Assembly: GCF_027921745.1 (NCBI RefSeq)
Contig: NC_079238.1
Location: 558,001-622,000, forward strand
DNA from: Schizosaccharomyces osmophilus
Taxonomy: Eukaryota
Length of the DNA stretch: 64,000 nucleotides
Reading direction: 5' to 3'
Shown: one piece after another, positions 11,710-23,619 of the stretch
Numbering within the stretch: the first letter of the stretch is position 1
Layout of the letters: the number at the start of each line of letters is the position of its first letter
Translations under genes and position numbers: made by a program
The notes under the pieces: generated by a model
Seen by the model: the letters and a program-made list of their open reading frames with translations, nothing else
What the model was told of the DNA's origin: nothing
Databases searched by the model: none

Positions 11710-14700
11710 ATGTCTTCAGACGAACATGAGAGCAAGCCCGTTCCTGAGGATCTTGATACTGAAATAGATGATATCGCTCAGGAAGTAAATGGAAATACTA
11801 TTAATGAAGATGTAAAAGAGGAGGAGTATCATGATTCTGGTGAAAGTGAGGAATCCGAAGAATCTTTACCCAACCAAGGAACTCGTCGCCGTCATCGTTC
11901 ACAGTCTGTCGCTGCAAATAAGCGTATTCACGATGCTTTTCAGCATGACCAGGAGGACTTTGGTAGCGAAGATTTACAACCCACGGCTAAACGGAGATTG
12001 AGAAATCATGTTGTAAGCGATGAAGACGAACCATTCGTTGCTTCGGAGCCAGAAGATGATTTGTCTGACACGGATGATTCGCTGGTTCAGTCAGCAAGAA
12101 CACGAAGATCTCTCCGACCAGGTACTCGACGTTCCACCCGCATAAGAACTCAGAGACCCGATGAAGATTCAGACGAAGAAATTCATCGACCTACTTTGCG
12201 TGAGCGAACTAGCCGGGTTAATTACAGTCTTCCTCTCTCGTTTCCTCAGGCAGAAGATCAAGAAGACGAAGGGTCTTCAATTAATCAAAGCAGAAAGAAA
12301 AAGACTCATTCTGAAGTCGCTGTTGGAAATTTACTACGAAATCAAGTCTCCAGTTTTATGCCTTACATTGACTCCAGTGGATCTGAGTCTGAGAGCGATA
12401 CTGCCAAAGTAAAGCGTTCTTCTGCAAAAACCGTGAGGGCTTTAACCGACTCTACGAGTGCTGGTGGACCTCCGAACTATGGCCGTGTAAAAGAAAAAAA
12501 CGATTTGGCTGATTCAGATCCTGTTGCTGTTGATTCTTCTCTCTCATTCGAGTCGGTTGGTGGTTTAGATAACCATGTGAACCAACTGAAAGAAATGGTC
12601 ATGCTTCCTTTGCTTTATCCAGAAATTTTTCAAGCCTTTAACATGCAGCCACCACGTGGAGTGTTGTTTCATGGACCTCCAGGTACCGGTAAAACTTTGT
12701 TAGCAAGAGCGCTGGCCGCTGCTTGCTCTTCAGAAGATAAAAAAGTTTCGTTTTATATGAGAAAGGGAGCTGATTGTTTAAGTAAATGGGTTGGTGAAGC
12801 TGAGCGTCAACTACGCCTTCTGTTTGAAGAAGCCAAAAGTACCCAACCAAGTATCATTTTCTTTGATGAAATCGATGGTCTTGCTCCTGTGCGTTCTAGC
12901 AAACAGGAGCAGATACATGCTTCAATTGTCTCCACTCTTCTGGCCTTAATGGATGGCATGGATGGCCGTGGACAGGTCATTATTATTGGTGCTACTAATC
13001 GGCCAGATGCTGTTGATCCTGCATTGCGAAGACCCGGACGCTTTGATCGTGAGTTTTATTTTTCTTTGCCTGACAGAGAAGCAAGAAAGAAGATTATACA
13101 AATTCATACTCGAAGCTGGAAAACCCCATTGCCAGAATGGCTTTGCGATTTACTTGCCGAGAGATCAAAAGGTTACGGTGGTGCTGATCTTCGTGCTCTG
13201 TGTACTGAAGCCGCTTTGAATTCTATAAAGCGAACTTACCCTCAGCTTTATAAAAGTACAAAAAGACTGCAATTTGATCCTAATACAATTCAAGTTAAGG
13301 TGAAGGACTTTGCCTTGTCAATGAAAAGTATTATTCCTTCTACAGCCCGCTCTTCAATAGCTTTTAACAAGCCTTTACCTGTCGAGGTGAAACCCTTGTT
13401 GGATGACAGTTTAAATCGCGTACTTTTGTATCTCAGCAAACACATGCCTATTCCTCCCAAGGTGAATATTTTGGACGAAGTAATGTATGATGACCCTGGG
13501 GAAGACGATTTTGAATATCAACAGAGGCTAGAACAATTTGAAAAGCTAAGAATATATAAGCCAAGGGTATTGATTTGTGGACAAAAAGGGTTAGGCCAGG
13601 TTTCCCTGGGACCTGCCATTTTGCAATATTATGAAGGCGTCCATGTTCAATCCTTTGATATGGCAGTTCTGTTACAAGACTCCACTCAAAGCATAGAAAC
13701 CTCCATTATTCACTTATTTACTGAAGTGCGTCGACATACGCCCAGTGTTATCTATATTCCTGACGTTGACAGTTGGCTAAACATCCTTCCTCCTTCGGCT
13801 AGTACTACCTTTTCGTCTTTGCTTGAACGACTAGATTTTTCCGATCAAGTGTTGTTCCTTGCGCTTTCAAAGAGTCCGCGAAAGGATCTACATCCTCAGC
13901 TTAAGGAATGGTTTCCAAAGCAGTCAGTTATTGAGTTGCAATACCCCTCTCGCGAAAAGATTGAGAAGTTTTTTCAGCCAATTATTGATCTTATTCGTAC
14001 TTCACCTCAAAAATTACCCGGTGGACTTCCAAGGAAAAAGAGAACGCTTCCTGAATTGCCATTAGCACCCACTCCTGCACCGGTGACGGGAGTTAAAACT
14101 ACCTTAAAACAGACAAAACAGGCCGATATGCGGCTATTAAATAAGCTTAAGGTGAAATTGAACGCACTCTTGTCTAGCTTACGTACAAGGTATCGTAAGT
14201 TCAAAAAGCCTCTCATAGACTATAACGATATCTTTTGCGTTGAACCTGAAACAGGTCATTCATATCGCAAACGAGAAGATTGTAATTTTGAGTTAGTTGA
14301 CGAAGAAGTTCGTAAAATCGATACCAATCAAAAGTTTAGTATGATGAGTTTAGAAGAAATTGAAAAACGCGTTTGGGATAATTGCTATTGGACCCCCAGA
14401 GACTTCGTTCGTGACATAAAGCTCATTCTCCGAGACGCGCTGCGTTTAGGTGACAGTGAAACAATCAAGCGTGCACAAGAAATGTATGCTAACGTCTTGC
14501 TGGGATTGGAAGACATGGACGACGAACAATTTTCTCAAAGATGTGAGCGTATGGCGATGCGTGAAGAAGAGCGAAGAAAATTAAGAGAAAATAAATTAAG
14601 AAAGCACTTGGATGCCACGAAAGCTACTATGCAGCTTCCCGAAGACCAACAAGAGCAAAAGATAGAAGACTCTGCTGAGATAAATGATTCAACGGAAGAA

Positions 14701-15246
14701 CCATCTGATATGTTAACGGAAGCCTTAACCCATATGCCAATGGATTCTATGTCTAAGACTGAAGTAACGGATGATCAGCCTGAAGGTGGTTATCTAGAGC
14801 CGTCGATTATGTCGGTCCCTAACTCATTCATTGAAAAAACCGACGAAGATAGAGCTTCACAAGAAAATATTTCAGAGAATGAAAAACAACCGAATGAGAG
14901 TGCACTAAACAATGACACCTCTTCGCTTAGGGATTTCTCAAAGCTAAACGGAGTTACCGAACATAATGATAATGTAATGCACGATGAAAAGACTGAAATC
15001 GAAAACACCGGTGAGGAGGAGAAGCTACCAGAACTATTGCTTGATGAACGGAAAGTTTTGAATCTGAAGAATTTGTTTTTGGACAAATCGGAGGATTTGA
15101 CAGTTGAAGAATTAGTACAATTGCATGCCACACTATATAGAATAATTTGGGATACGAAGAGTAGTTGGGATAGAAATTCCGTCATTGACAGGTGTACTAT
15201 TGCTTTGATAGAACTTACGGATAATGATCTAGAGTTCGACACTTAA
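11710..15246 (+). CDS. abo1: Bromodomain AAA+ ATPase histone chaperone (ATAD2/Yta7 orthologue)
   Basis: First in-frame ATG at 11710; the true start may be upstream (see findings). Acidic N-terminus, Walker A GPPGTGKT, Walker B IIFFDEID, DPALRRPGRFDRE, degenerate second AAA domain, bromo-like domain. Confidence 0.95.
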   Translation: MSSDEHESKPVPEDLDTEIDDIAQEVNGNTINEDVKEEEYHDSGESEESEESLPNQGTRRRHRSQSVAANKRIHDAFQHDQEDFGSEDLQPTAKRRLRNHVVSDEDEPFVASEPEDDLSDTDDSLVQSARTRRSLRPGTRRSTRIRTQRPDEDSDEEIHRPTLRERTSRVNYSLPLSFPQAEDQEDEGSSINQSRKKKTHSEVAVGNLLRNQVSSFMPYIDSSGSESESDTAKVKRSSAKTVRALTDSTSAGGPPNYGRVKEKNDLADSDPVAVDSSLSFESVGGLDNHVNQLKEMVMLPLLYPEIFQAFNMQPPRGVLFHGPPGTGKTLLARALAAACSSEDKKVSFYMRKGADCLSKWVGEAERQLRLLFEEAKSTQPSIIFFDEIDGLAPVRSSKQEQIHASIVSTLLALMDGMDGRGQVIIIGATNRPDAVDPALRRPGRFDREFYFSLPDREARKKIIQIHTRSWKTPLPEWLCDLLAERSKGYGGADLRALCTEAALNSIKRTYPQLYKSTKRLQFDPNTIQVKVKDFALSMKSIIPSTARSSIAFNKPLPVEVKPLLDDSLNRVLLYLSKHMPIPPKVNILDEVMYDDPGEDDFEYQQRLEQFEKLRIYKPRVLICGQKGLGQVSLGPAILQYYEGVHVQSFDMAVLLQDSTQSIETSIIHLFTEVRRHTPSVIYIPDVDSWLNILPPSASTTFSSLLERLDFSDQVLFLALSKSPRKDLHPQLKEWFPKQSVIELQYPSREKIEKFFQPIIDLIRTSPQKLPGGLPRKKRTLPELPLAPTPAPVTGVKTTLKQTKQADMRLLNKLKVKLNALLSSLRTRYRKFKKPLIDYNDIFCVEPETGHSYRKREDCNFELVDEEVRKIDTNQKFSMMSLEEIEKRVWDNCYWTPRDFVRDIKLILRDALRLGDSETIKRAQEMYANVLLGLEDMDDEQFSQRCERMAMREEERRKLRENKLRKHLDATKATMQLPEDQQEQKIEDSAEINDSTEEPSDMLTEALTHMPMDSMSKTEVTDDQPEGGYLEPSIMSVPNSFIEKTDEDRASQENISENEKQPNESALNNDTSSLRDFSKLNGVTEHNDNVMHDEKTEIENTGEEEKLPELLLDERKVLNLKNLFLDKSEDLTVEELVQLHATLYRIIWDTKSSWDRNSVIDRCTIALIELTDNDLEFDT

Positions 15247-15438
15247 TGATTTACTAATGTCATTTATAAAATTAAACCTTAATGTCATTTTTGTTCGTCT
15301 TCAAATATTATGCTAATTAAATAAGATAAGGAAGGCGTAAGAAATAAGTTTTTTGTCTTACTCTTTATATGTTAGTAGGAAATGGAGTATCAAGTAATTG
15401 TGTTCGAAGTCTCCAAAAGTTCATAGAATGAGCTGGTA

Positions 15439-17506
15439 TTATGGTTTAGGTGAAGTGTTAGATTGGTTCACAGCAACATCGTTCGGGTTGACTGTAGCAG
15501 ACTCAAGACTGATATCCATATCCTGGTTAGTTATTGAGGTGCCAATGTCTCCATCAATAGATGTACCAAGGGTAGTTAATCGGTCCATTGCGCGTCCTTT
15601 TTCAATAAGTTTTTCGATTTGGATACGAGATGAAATAAAATCTACTTTAGGAAAGGTAGCAGCTTTTCCGGCAGCAATCATATCTCCCAAACGCTCGTTG
15701 CTAGGGGGAGATAAAATATACCAAAAATCCTTTAATTTAGTTTTTGGCCAAATAGTGATAGTGCCATCGAACTTTTGGAGGAAAACATTACTCCAATCTT
15801 GACCAAGAGGTCGTGGTAGTAATTCTAAGCTGCGAATAACATGTAGCCATTTGATCATATCGTATTTGAGATATTGTTCGATAGCACTACCCACATAGCC
15901 ACCGCGCCAACCACGGCCCTTTCTGTGTGAAACAGGTCTTCCAACACTGCCGCGAGGGGAGAAAAAGAAGACTTGCACGTGAGGATTAGTTTGACTGACG
16001 ATGGAAAAGTGAACATTGAACTGAGTCCTCAATTCCCCTAGCGGGATGTCTGTACGAAGGCTTCCATCTTTAAAGCGATTCCCAAAATTGTGTGGTATGA
16101 GCTTTCCTGATGGACCTCTTGTCATGAGAGGAATAGGGTTTAAGATTCCCGGCACAGCACAGCTAGCAATGACAGCACTCCAAATCACAGTGTCGGGGGA
16201 AGTTAAATAATTGATTAATTTAGGAGGTGAGTGAGCATCACTAGGGATAACGGAAATATTAAGGATTCGGCCAGTTCTTTTATAAGCTTCGGCGAAAGTC
16301 ATACTTCCTCGGGTGAAAAACATGCAGGTTCTTGCCCAGATAATCTCATCAAAACGGGCTCCTGTTTGTAAGTATCGTTTCGCACAATCCATGTAGCTTC
16401 CTATATCACTTTGAAATTTAGGAGCTAATTCGGGCACAAGCAATTGGCGAAGCTCGTCGTTTGTACGAGTACAGACGAGAGCGGCCAAAATACCACCGCC
16501 GCTTGTTCCGGTGATCACATTAGGAAGGAGATCCTGATTCAAAAGCGCCGCAAGAACGCCCGTGTGGTAAAGAGCAAAGGAAGCACCACCTGATAAACAG
16601 AGGGCTGTACGGCCATAATTATGGGAAAAGAATTCAAACATACGGGATCTGTCTTTTGACGTATACAGTTTTTGGTCAATGACCAACTGTAAACATTGGA
16701 TGAGCTCGTCGATATAGTCCTCGACGAGCTTCTTTGTGCCGGAATAAGTGCGAGAATAAAGCATAGGGCTATCAATGGCCGCGAAATTACTGCGAACACA
16801 CACATCCAAGGTGGATTTTAGTTGTTCCCATTCTCCTCTTTGACGATGAATCCTCAAGCTTCGGAGGACCGTGCGAAGAAGGGAGTAATCGTAATAATCG
16901 TAGACTGGGTCGAGTTTCCATTCATTGTTTCCAAAGTAATCATCCAAATCCCGAGCCCGCTGCTTCCATTCCTCAAACGTCTTGGCATTTTGGAGACGGC
17001 GTCGTAAAAGCGCTGGCCGACCACGCCAAACGATAAAATATTCGTAGCAGTTAATGTACATACGGTCTAATAAGTACAGAAATCTAAAGGAGCTTCGTTA
17101 GAAAGAAAGAATCAAAAAAGAGAAAGAGAAACTCGAAAGAATTCAATTTAACCAAACACATACGCAACAATACTGAGACATATAGAAGCAGTGATCATGA
17201 GCGGCCAGCGTAAAATGGGATACATAAAGCCTTCTCGTTTTTCGTCTTTTCCGGCCTTTGTCTTTTTTGGCAGTACAGCCTCATGCACAGGATTCCAATC
17301 ATGTTGTGCAATGATATACTCGATTTTTTTGTCTATCTGTTGACTATAGCCGCAAGTGTATTTGACAAATTCGTCAAGATCTAGGTAGGGAAATCGTTAG
17401 TCCGAAATTTGAGTCCGAAAAGAAATCGTGACAAACGTCAACCGGACGCCTTACCTTCCTGTACAGTATAATCATTGGAAAATTCTCGATTTTCAGAAAC
17501 ACACAT
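15439..17506 (-). CDS. ptl2: Patatin-family triacylglycerol lipase (Tgl3/4/5-like), 3 exons, 637 aa
   Basis: Exons 17506-17455, 17380-17164 and 17083-15439 join in frame. Oxyanion loop LSGGA, nucleophile GTSGG, FKDGS. Confidence 0.92.
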
Positions 17507-17797
17507 GTTTCTTGTTTTTTCTTTCTAGCAAAAAAAGGTACCAGCAAGGCAAACAAGTTTCAATTAAAAGCAATCCTGTTTATTTTCATACAAAGTAATA
17601 AATTAAACATCAAGTTTCACCGTTTCTATGTCGTTTGAACGATTCAGGTTGGAAGTAGGAGAAGAATACATTTCTGTCTCACGCCCTTCCTTTTCTTACC
17701 GCTCAAAGAACGACGTCAATCCCCAGATTTTATTGTTTCGCGTAAAATAACGTTAAGTTAAGCGAAGTTGTGATGATACCGCAGTGAGAACAAAAGT

Positions 17798-17872
17798 GAA
17801 AAGAGAAAGAGAGAAAGAGAGAAAGAGAGAAAGAGAGAAAGAGAGAAAGAGAGAAAGAGAGAAAGAGAGAAA
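17798..17872 (+). repeat. 75-nt pure-purine tract containing 8 perfect GAGAAAGA copies
   Basis: (GAGAAAGA)8 at 17803-17866, read directly. Confidence 0.95.
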
Positions 17873-18950
17873 TATAAAAAAGAGAAAAATCCGTTTCTTA
17901 AAGATCAAGCAAACAAGAAACGAGTCACGACGACCCTCACTCACATTTTCCAACGATTGCGGATCGCCGTACGCCTTTTAGTTGGTTTGAACCGTTTCCT
18001 ATAGTGGTCCTGCATCGCAACAGAAACCTGCAACAGAAGAGAGGAAATGAAAAGCTACACACACTCTGCCTTGTCGTATAGATGAGCGATAGATTCTTGC
18101 GACTCTTTGCTTCTATATGGTACTTGGTTTGCCGACTTCCGATTCTTTCGATTTGCTATTTATTAACGGTACATCCATGTCCGTCAACACACCCGAACGC
18201 AAGGTAAAAAGAAGGCAGGAAAAGCAACGAGCAAAAGAGAAAAACCAAAGAAACAAAGCTAAATTTAGATCCTCCTTATAATTAAAAGGAAAAAAGAAAA
18301 AAATTTCCAGCAACCACAGATGGAATGCATGGATCTTGGATCTATTGAATGTTTCGATGATGAGGTCATCATGTTCGGTTTTCGCTTCCGGCAGCTGTCA
18401 ATCTGGGGAATTGCAATTGCCGAATAGGGAGATTTCTGCCGTGCCGAAGGCAAAGAATGACCAATCAAAGTGTTTCAGGAACGAAGCCAAACTCGTTGCC
18501 GAACACTCTTAGCAAATATAAATGAAACTGATTTCTGTCTAACATATGCTTCTTTCTTGAACTTGGCACATTTAACATTTGACCTTTCCAAACATCCTCC
18601 ATCAACTGTCGGAAGATTTTTGTAGACATAGAATCGTTTTTCTGTGCTTGATTTCTTGATTGCGAATCTTTTTGTCTGGTAGTTTCTTTTCGGTTGCGGT
18701 TCCTTTTGTCGCCTGGGTTTTTTATCTAATTGATTAATCGCTTTTTTCTTTTCTTTTCTTTTCTTTCTCTTTGTTGTTTTCTCTTGTTCAATTTGCCTTT
18801 TCTCATCTTGCTCAAAAACATTAGGTCATTGTCATTGTCTTTGAGTAGAAGAAGAAGATAAAAAAATAAAAACGGTATTTGAGTTGTACAGATCAATTGG
18901 AGTTTCCATCTTCTCACTTCATTAATTCCTTTCATATTTGTTTCCCCTCT

Positions 18951-20906
18951 ATGTTTTTCACGTATTTCCTTGCGTTTTCCTTTTTGTGTTTCAGTCTCAT
19001 CGGTTGTCAAGTGGTGGACCCCGATCAGGAATACGCCCGCCTTCATCTTTCTCAGCTCGATAAAAGGAATTGGAAAAAACCTCCTCCTCCTCCTTCCACC
19101 AATGCTTCTTACGCTCCCGTAACCGGCTCTTGTAGCGGATCGCAGCAACTTCTCCATTCCTTAGAGTCTGGCCAGCTTCCACAATTAGAATCCGATTTTC
19201 TCAAAAAACGCTCCCAGTCTTCAAATGAGGCTCTTCGTTTCTTTTTACAATCTGCCCATTCCACCTCTTCTCTCGATTTGGACAGCCTTCTCGGTGACAA
19301 TGGCCCTCGTTTAGGAATTGCCGTCTCTGGTGGCGGCTACCGTTCCATGTTTTATGGTGGTGGTGCTCTAGCTGCGTTTGATCGTCGAAGCAACGAAACC
19401 ACTTTGGGTGGTCTTTTGCAAGGTGCTAGTTATATCACCGGTGCTGATGGAGGCTCTTGGCTTGTCAGCTCTTTAGCCATCAACGATTTCCGTACCGTGC
19501 AAAACTTGTCTTCCTCCATTTGGTATTCTCGTCTTGGTATCTTTTTCGTCGAGGAAACTCACTTTGGCGACAATAAAAATTATTATACTGATCTTGTCGA
19601 CGAAGTCAACCAAAAAGCCGCTGCCGGCTTCAATGTGAGCTTGACCGACTATTGGGGTCGTGCTATCGCTCGCCACACAACTGGTCGCCTTCGTGGTGGT
19701 CCCGATACAACCTACTCTTCCGTGCAAAAAGCTTCTTGGTTCCAAGATGCTGAATATCCTTATCCCATTCTCGTCTCTCAAGGCTTGCCTGGTGCACTTT
19801 CCGATGGTCATAATGCCACTTTTGCAAATTCAAGCATTTACGAGTTTTCTCCTTACTACTTCAACACATTCGATAATAACGTTCGCGCTTACATGCCCCT
19901 CGAATATCTTGGAACCAAGTTAAGCAATGGCTCTGCTGTCGATAACAAGTGTGTGACTCAATTCGACAATGTTGGATTCTTGATTGGCACTTCATCCACG
20001 CGCTTCAATGAAGCTCTCATGGACGTTAGTTTGCGTCAGTCGCGTATGAGCCGTCGTCTTGGCTTTACCTTGCGCCATATGAGAATCAATGGCTCAGCGG
20101 TTAGCTACTACAACAACATGTTTCATGGCGCCTCTTCTATAGCAGGTGATGGAACTGCTTCTTCCGATGGTTTGACCACTGCTCCTTATGTTGACTTGTA
20201 CGACGGTGGTGCCGATAAGCAAAACATTCCAGTCTGGCCTTTGCTTCAGCCAGAACGCCGTGTTGACGTTGTTTTGGCCCTCGATGCTAGCGGTGATACT
20301 GACAACAACTGGCCAAATGGTACATCCTTAGTTTCTACCTATGAACGCATTACTCAAAAGGCTTCCGATGCTTCCTACGGAGTAACCTCCTTTGTTCATA
20401 TTCCGTCTGTGGAAACCTTTATCAACCTTGGCTTAAATAGTCGTCCAACCTTCTTTGGTTGTGATGGACGCAACACTACCAGTCAAAGCCAACACGTTGA
20501 TGAGAATACTCCTCCTTTGTTGGTTTATCTCCCCAATTCACCCTGGACGGCCGATTCAAATATTGCTGATGACCGCTATCGCCTTGGCAATTCTGACATA
20601 CAAGGTTTGGTTCGTAACGGTTTTGTCGCTGCTACCCAAAATAGTTCTACCGATTTTGCTTCTTGCTTGGCTTGTGCAGTTGTTCAAAGATCTCTGGAAC
20701 GTACAAATCAAACCACTTCTCAAGCTTGTCAGCAATGCTTTTCTCAATACTGTTGGAACGGTACAGTTGACAATTCCCCTGTATTTGATCAAAAAGGAAA
20801 CGTTAAATATAGTCCCGCTGTAAAAAGCGGTGCCATGCATCTTTCCACTAATGTTTTGTTAACTACCTTGCTTGCTATTTTGCTTACTTTTGGTATTTTA
20901 AACTAA
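18951..20906 (+). CDS. Lysophospholipase/phospholipase B family protein, secreted and probably GPI-anchored (SPAC1786.02-like); catalytic Ser absent
   Basis: ATG at 18951, signal peptide, SGGGYR, SLTDYWGRA, YEFSPY, DGG..QNIP, PNGTSL..TY, CFSQYCWNG, hydrophobic C-terminal GPI signal. Confidence 0.93.
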   Translation: MFFTYFLAFSFLCFSLIGCQVVDPDQEYARLHLSQLDKRNWKKPPPPPSTNASYAPVTGSCSGSQQLLHSLESGQLPQLESDFLKKRSQSSNEALRFFLQSAHSTSSLDLDSLLGDNGPRLGIAVSGGGYRSMFYGGGALAAFDRRSNETTLGGLLQGASYITGADGGSWLVSSLAINDFRTVQNLSSSIWYSRLGIFFVEETHFGDNKNYYTDLVDEVNQKAAAGFNVSLTDYWGRAIARHTTGRLRGGPDTTYSSVQKASWFQDAEYPYPILVSQGLPGALSDGHNATFANSSIYEFSPYYFNTFDNNVRAYMPLEYLGTKLSNGSAVDNKCVTQFDNVGFLIGTSSTRFNEALMDVSLRQSRMSRRLGFTLRHMRINGSAVSYYNNMFHGASSIAGDGTASSDGLTTAPYVDLYDGGADKQNIPVWPLLQPERRVDVVLALDASGDTDNNWPNGTSLVSTYERITQKASDASYGVTSFVHIPSVETFINLGLNSRPTFFGCDGRNTTSQSQHVDENTPPLLVYLPNSPWTADSNIADDRYRLGNSDIQGLVRNGFVAATQNSSTDFASCLACAVVQRSLERTNQTTSQACQQCFSQYCWNGTVDNSPVFDQKGNVKYSPAVKSGAMHLSTNVLLTTLLAILLTFGILN

Positions 20907-21558
20907 TCTTATAATGAATTTCTACAAGAATGTCCGTTTAAGAAAAGTTCGAATTTCTGAGCCCGTGATTCAGGTTTAACTATTTTACTTTTTAATTTCA
21001 TAGGTACATTTGACCGGTGCCTATCGCTATAACTTACTGTTATACCTTTTATTATTGTCAGTATTTTAACAACTTCGGATTATCCTTTAATTCTGCAAAG
21101 TTTTTGGGCATATTTATTATCGACTTGTAATCCATTCAGTCCTCGTCGTTTTAATCACCTTACATCCTTCTTTAGAGGCATGGGCAAGTCTTTAGGCCTC
21201 GTCGTCACTCGTCTCGTTTTTCGGCTCCGTTTTTTGTAGCATAGTTTTCTTGTGAAATATAAAATGCATTCCAAAATTGCCAATTATGCTTTTCATATTG
21301 TTTACTAAAGTGGTTATATGTAAGCGTTCGTAATTAACTTATACCACAATGCAAGGAACCATCATCTAATGTCAAATAATGAATTTAAAGATAGCTTCTT
21401 TTTTTTGCTATTCTACCTTTTGCAAACTCTAACATGCTTCAAAATAAAACCGTATATTAATTAACGATATCTTTTCAAATTGGTATTCCAATCCTTCCTT
21501 TTGTTGACAGTAGAAAGTAAGAGATGTACAGCATACTTACACAGAGCCAACTATCACC

Positions 21559-23405
21559 ATGGTCGCTTTAAGGACCAGTTTTCTCAATGGATCGAAAATT
21601 AAAGCGGTGCGGTATCATACGATTTTACGGCCTATACTTCAGCAGCGCTTTTTACGCGCTTCTTTGGCATTGTATTGTTTGTGCTGTGTAACATCATATT
21701 GGCTCGCGTCTGGCTCCAGTATGTCCCAATATACTTGAAAAAAGATAGAGGTACTAACATTTTTCGTGTAGTTTTTTCCCTGAAACTGATTCTTGGAAGT
21801 TTCTTAAAGGGCATGCTATGTTTTCTATTTGTGTTTCCATACTTTGTCATGCTAAAAAGCAGAATGACTACCACCAGAGACGTTCATAGCTCATTGGCAA
21901 AAGAAATTATGATAAAATTCTCGCCAAAGTCATTTTTTCCTGTGTATATTTCGTTTCTCGTTTCCGTGGGCATACTCGCGCTTGCATATGTCCAAGGTCA
22001 CTCTTCTTCTTCTCGTTTACAGTGGGTAACGACCGCGCGAACATACGAACTACCAAGACTCAATGAACGATTCGTTTACATGATGTTTGTAGCTACAACG
22101 ATGGCATTCTCCTCTGCTTGTGAGCATCTCTACTTTGACCGCGATACACCCGAGCAGCCGGTCCTTCAAATACCATTTATAGTTTACGTTAAAGAGAGAA
22201 TTCCTTCAATCTTCCGATATTCCATTATCAAGTCTTTAGTATGCGGCTTTGCTTCCCCTATTATTTATGCGATCTTTCGACCTTCTATTTGGAGAATCGT
22301 TTTACTTTTTACTAAATGCTTTCATAGACTCGCGGCTTCTAAAGCACTTGCCCGTTGGCCGGTAAATTTTGGTCTATTGTTTCACAGCTTGTGGATGACC
22401 TTTCTTATAAATATTTCATTAAACATGGCTCTTTTGATTTTCCGCGTCTTTTTATATGCTGGACCCGTTGTTCGTTCTCGCTTTATCAGTATGCGCTCCA
22501 ATGATCCTAACGGGACCTTGTTGGATGGAATCAAAACGAAAAATAAACCTTTGACTCAATGTATCGCTTCACAGGAGTTGTTTCTCATTTGCTCCAAAGA
22601 TCCAAAGCGAATTCAAGGCATCCTTCAAGATATTGATAGGAAGACCAGCGTATGGCAAGAAATTTTGAATAATACGTTAGTGTTGTGTGAAAATCTCTCT
22701 ACTTCTCTGCAACTGTCTTCCGCTGGTAGAAAATCTAGTGCTGTTGAGAGTGCCCAATCAAGCTCAAAATTGGGAAGCAATTCTACAGACGAATCATTTA
22801 ATGCGATTCCATTAAAAGAAGCAAATATCTTTGCAAGGGGTGCATCTCATCGTTCCCGAATTTTAGAAAAGGTAAAAGAGCACGGAAACTTCAGCTCACC
22901 TGATGCCTCGCAAAATTCCTTCCTTGAGTCGTTAATACCGGCTTCCCTTCGTAAAAAATTTTCTCAATATCTTTCCGTTGTTTACAAAACTTCCTTATTT
23001 AATATATTCCGCAAGACGCTGGACAGGAAAAATGCTGATGTTTTAAAAAACCCATGGTTGCTTGAAGTGCATATCACCAGTTTGTCGCTACTTGTTTTAA
23101 AGTCTTTACAGTATGACACTTACGGTGTGGTTGCCCGTGATATCTCCGATATTCTAACTGTTTACTGTGATACCTACGATAAACTGATTGCTTATAAGCG
23201 TAACCCTCCTATTCACAGCTCTGATGTGTTTGCATCCGAACGAACTCATGATTTTGACGATATGGATCGAATTATTTCATGCTTGAAAGATGGTATTGTT
23301 GAAATTACCGAAAAATTCCAAGATTTTTTCTTACAGTTAAACATTCCAACAAAGGTAGAACGCCGTTGCTGGGTATTGTATCGAGGACGAAATTCAGCTA
23401 CCTGA
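21559..23405 (+). CDS. cut11: Ndc1-family nuclear pore / spindle pole body membrane protein, 597 aa
   Basis: Exon 21559-21718, intron 21719-21771 (GTATGT..CTAAC..TAG), exon 21772-23405. Several N-terminal TM segments, LNERF, SNDPNGTLL.G, SLQYDTYGVV. Confidence 0.92.
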
Positions 23406-23619
23406 GAGCTTTCTTGTATGGAAAGCAACGTGAATGTTAAAAATTGGAGATGCTAAAATTTCAAACGGAATAAAATATATGATTTGATATGGGTATAAAT
23501 TTCATTAACAAGAACAGACTCCAAAAGACGGATATCTTATTTATTATTTTTTAAGGGCCCAAGGACGTTAACACTTTGTTATTAAATCGGGAGAGGAGAG
23601 ATTGTTTCATATTATCCAA

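Noticed and set aside
17753..17981. ORFs rich in RE/KR or SLF repeats
   Set aside because: They are translations of the GAGAAAGA repeat.
18355..18531. ATGATGA...CTGA as a C/D snoRNA (also 9667-9675, 17770 and 55743-55767)
   Set aside because: Box spacing is wrong or the D box is missing, and there is no terminal stem or recognisable rRNA guide.
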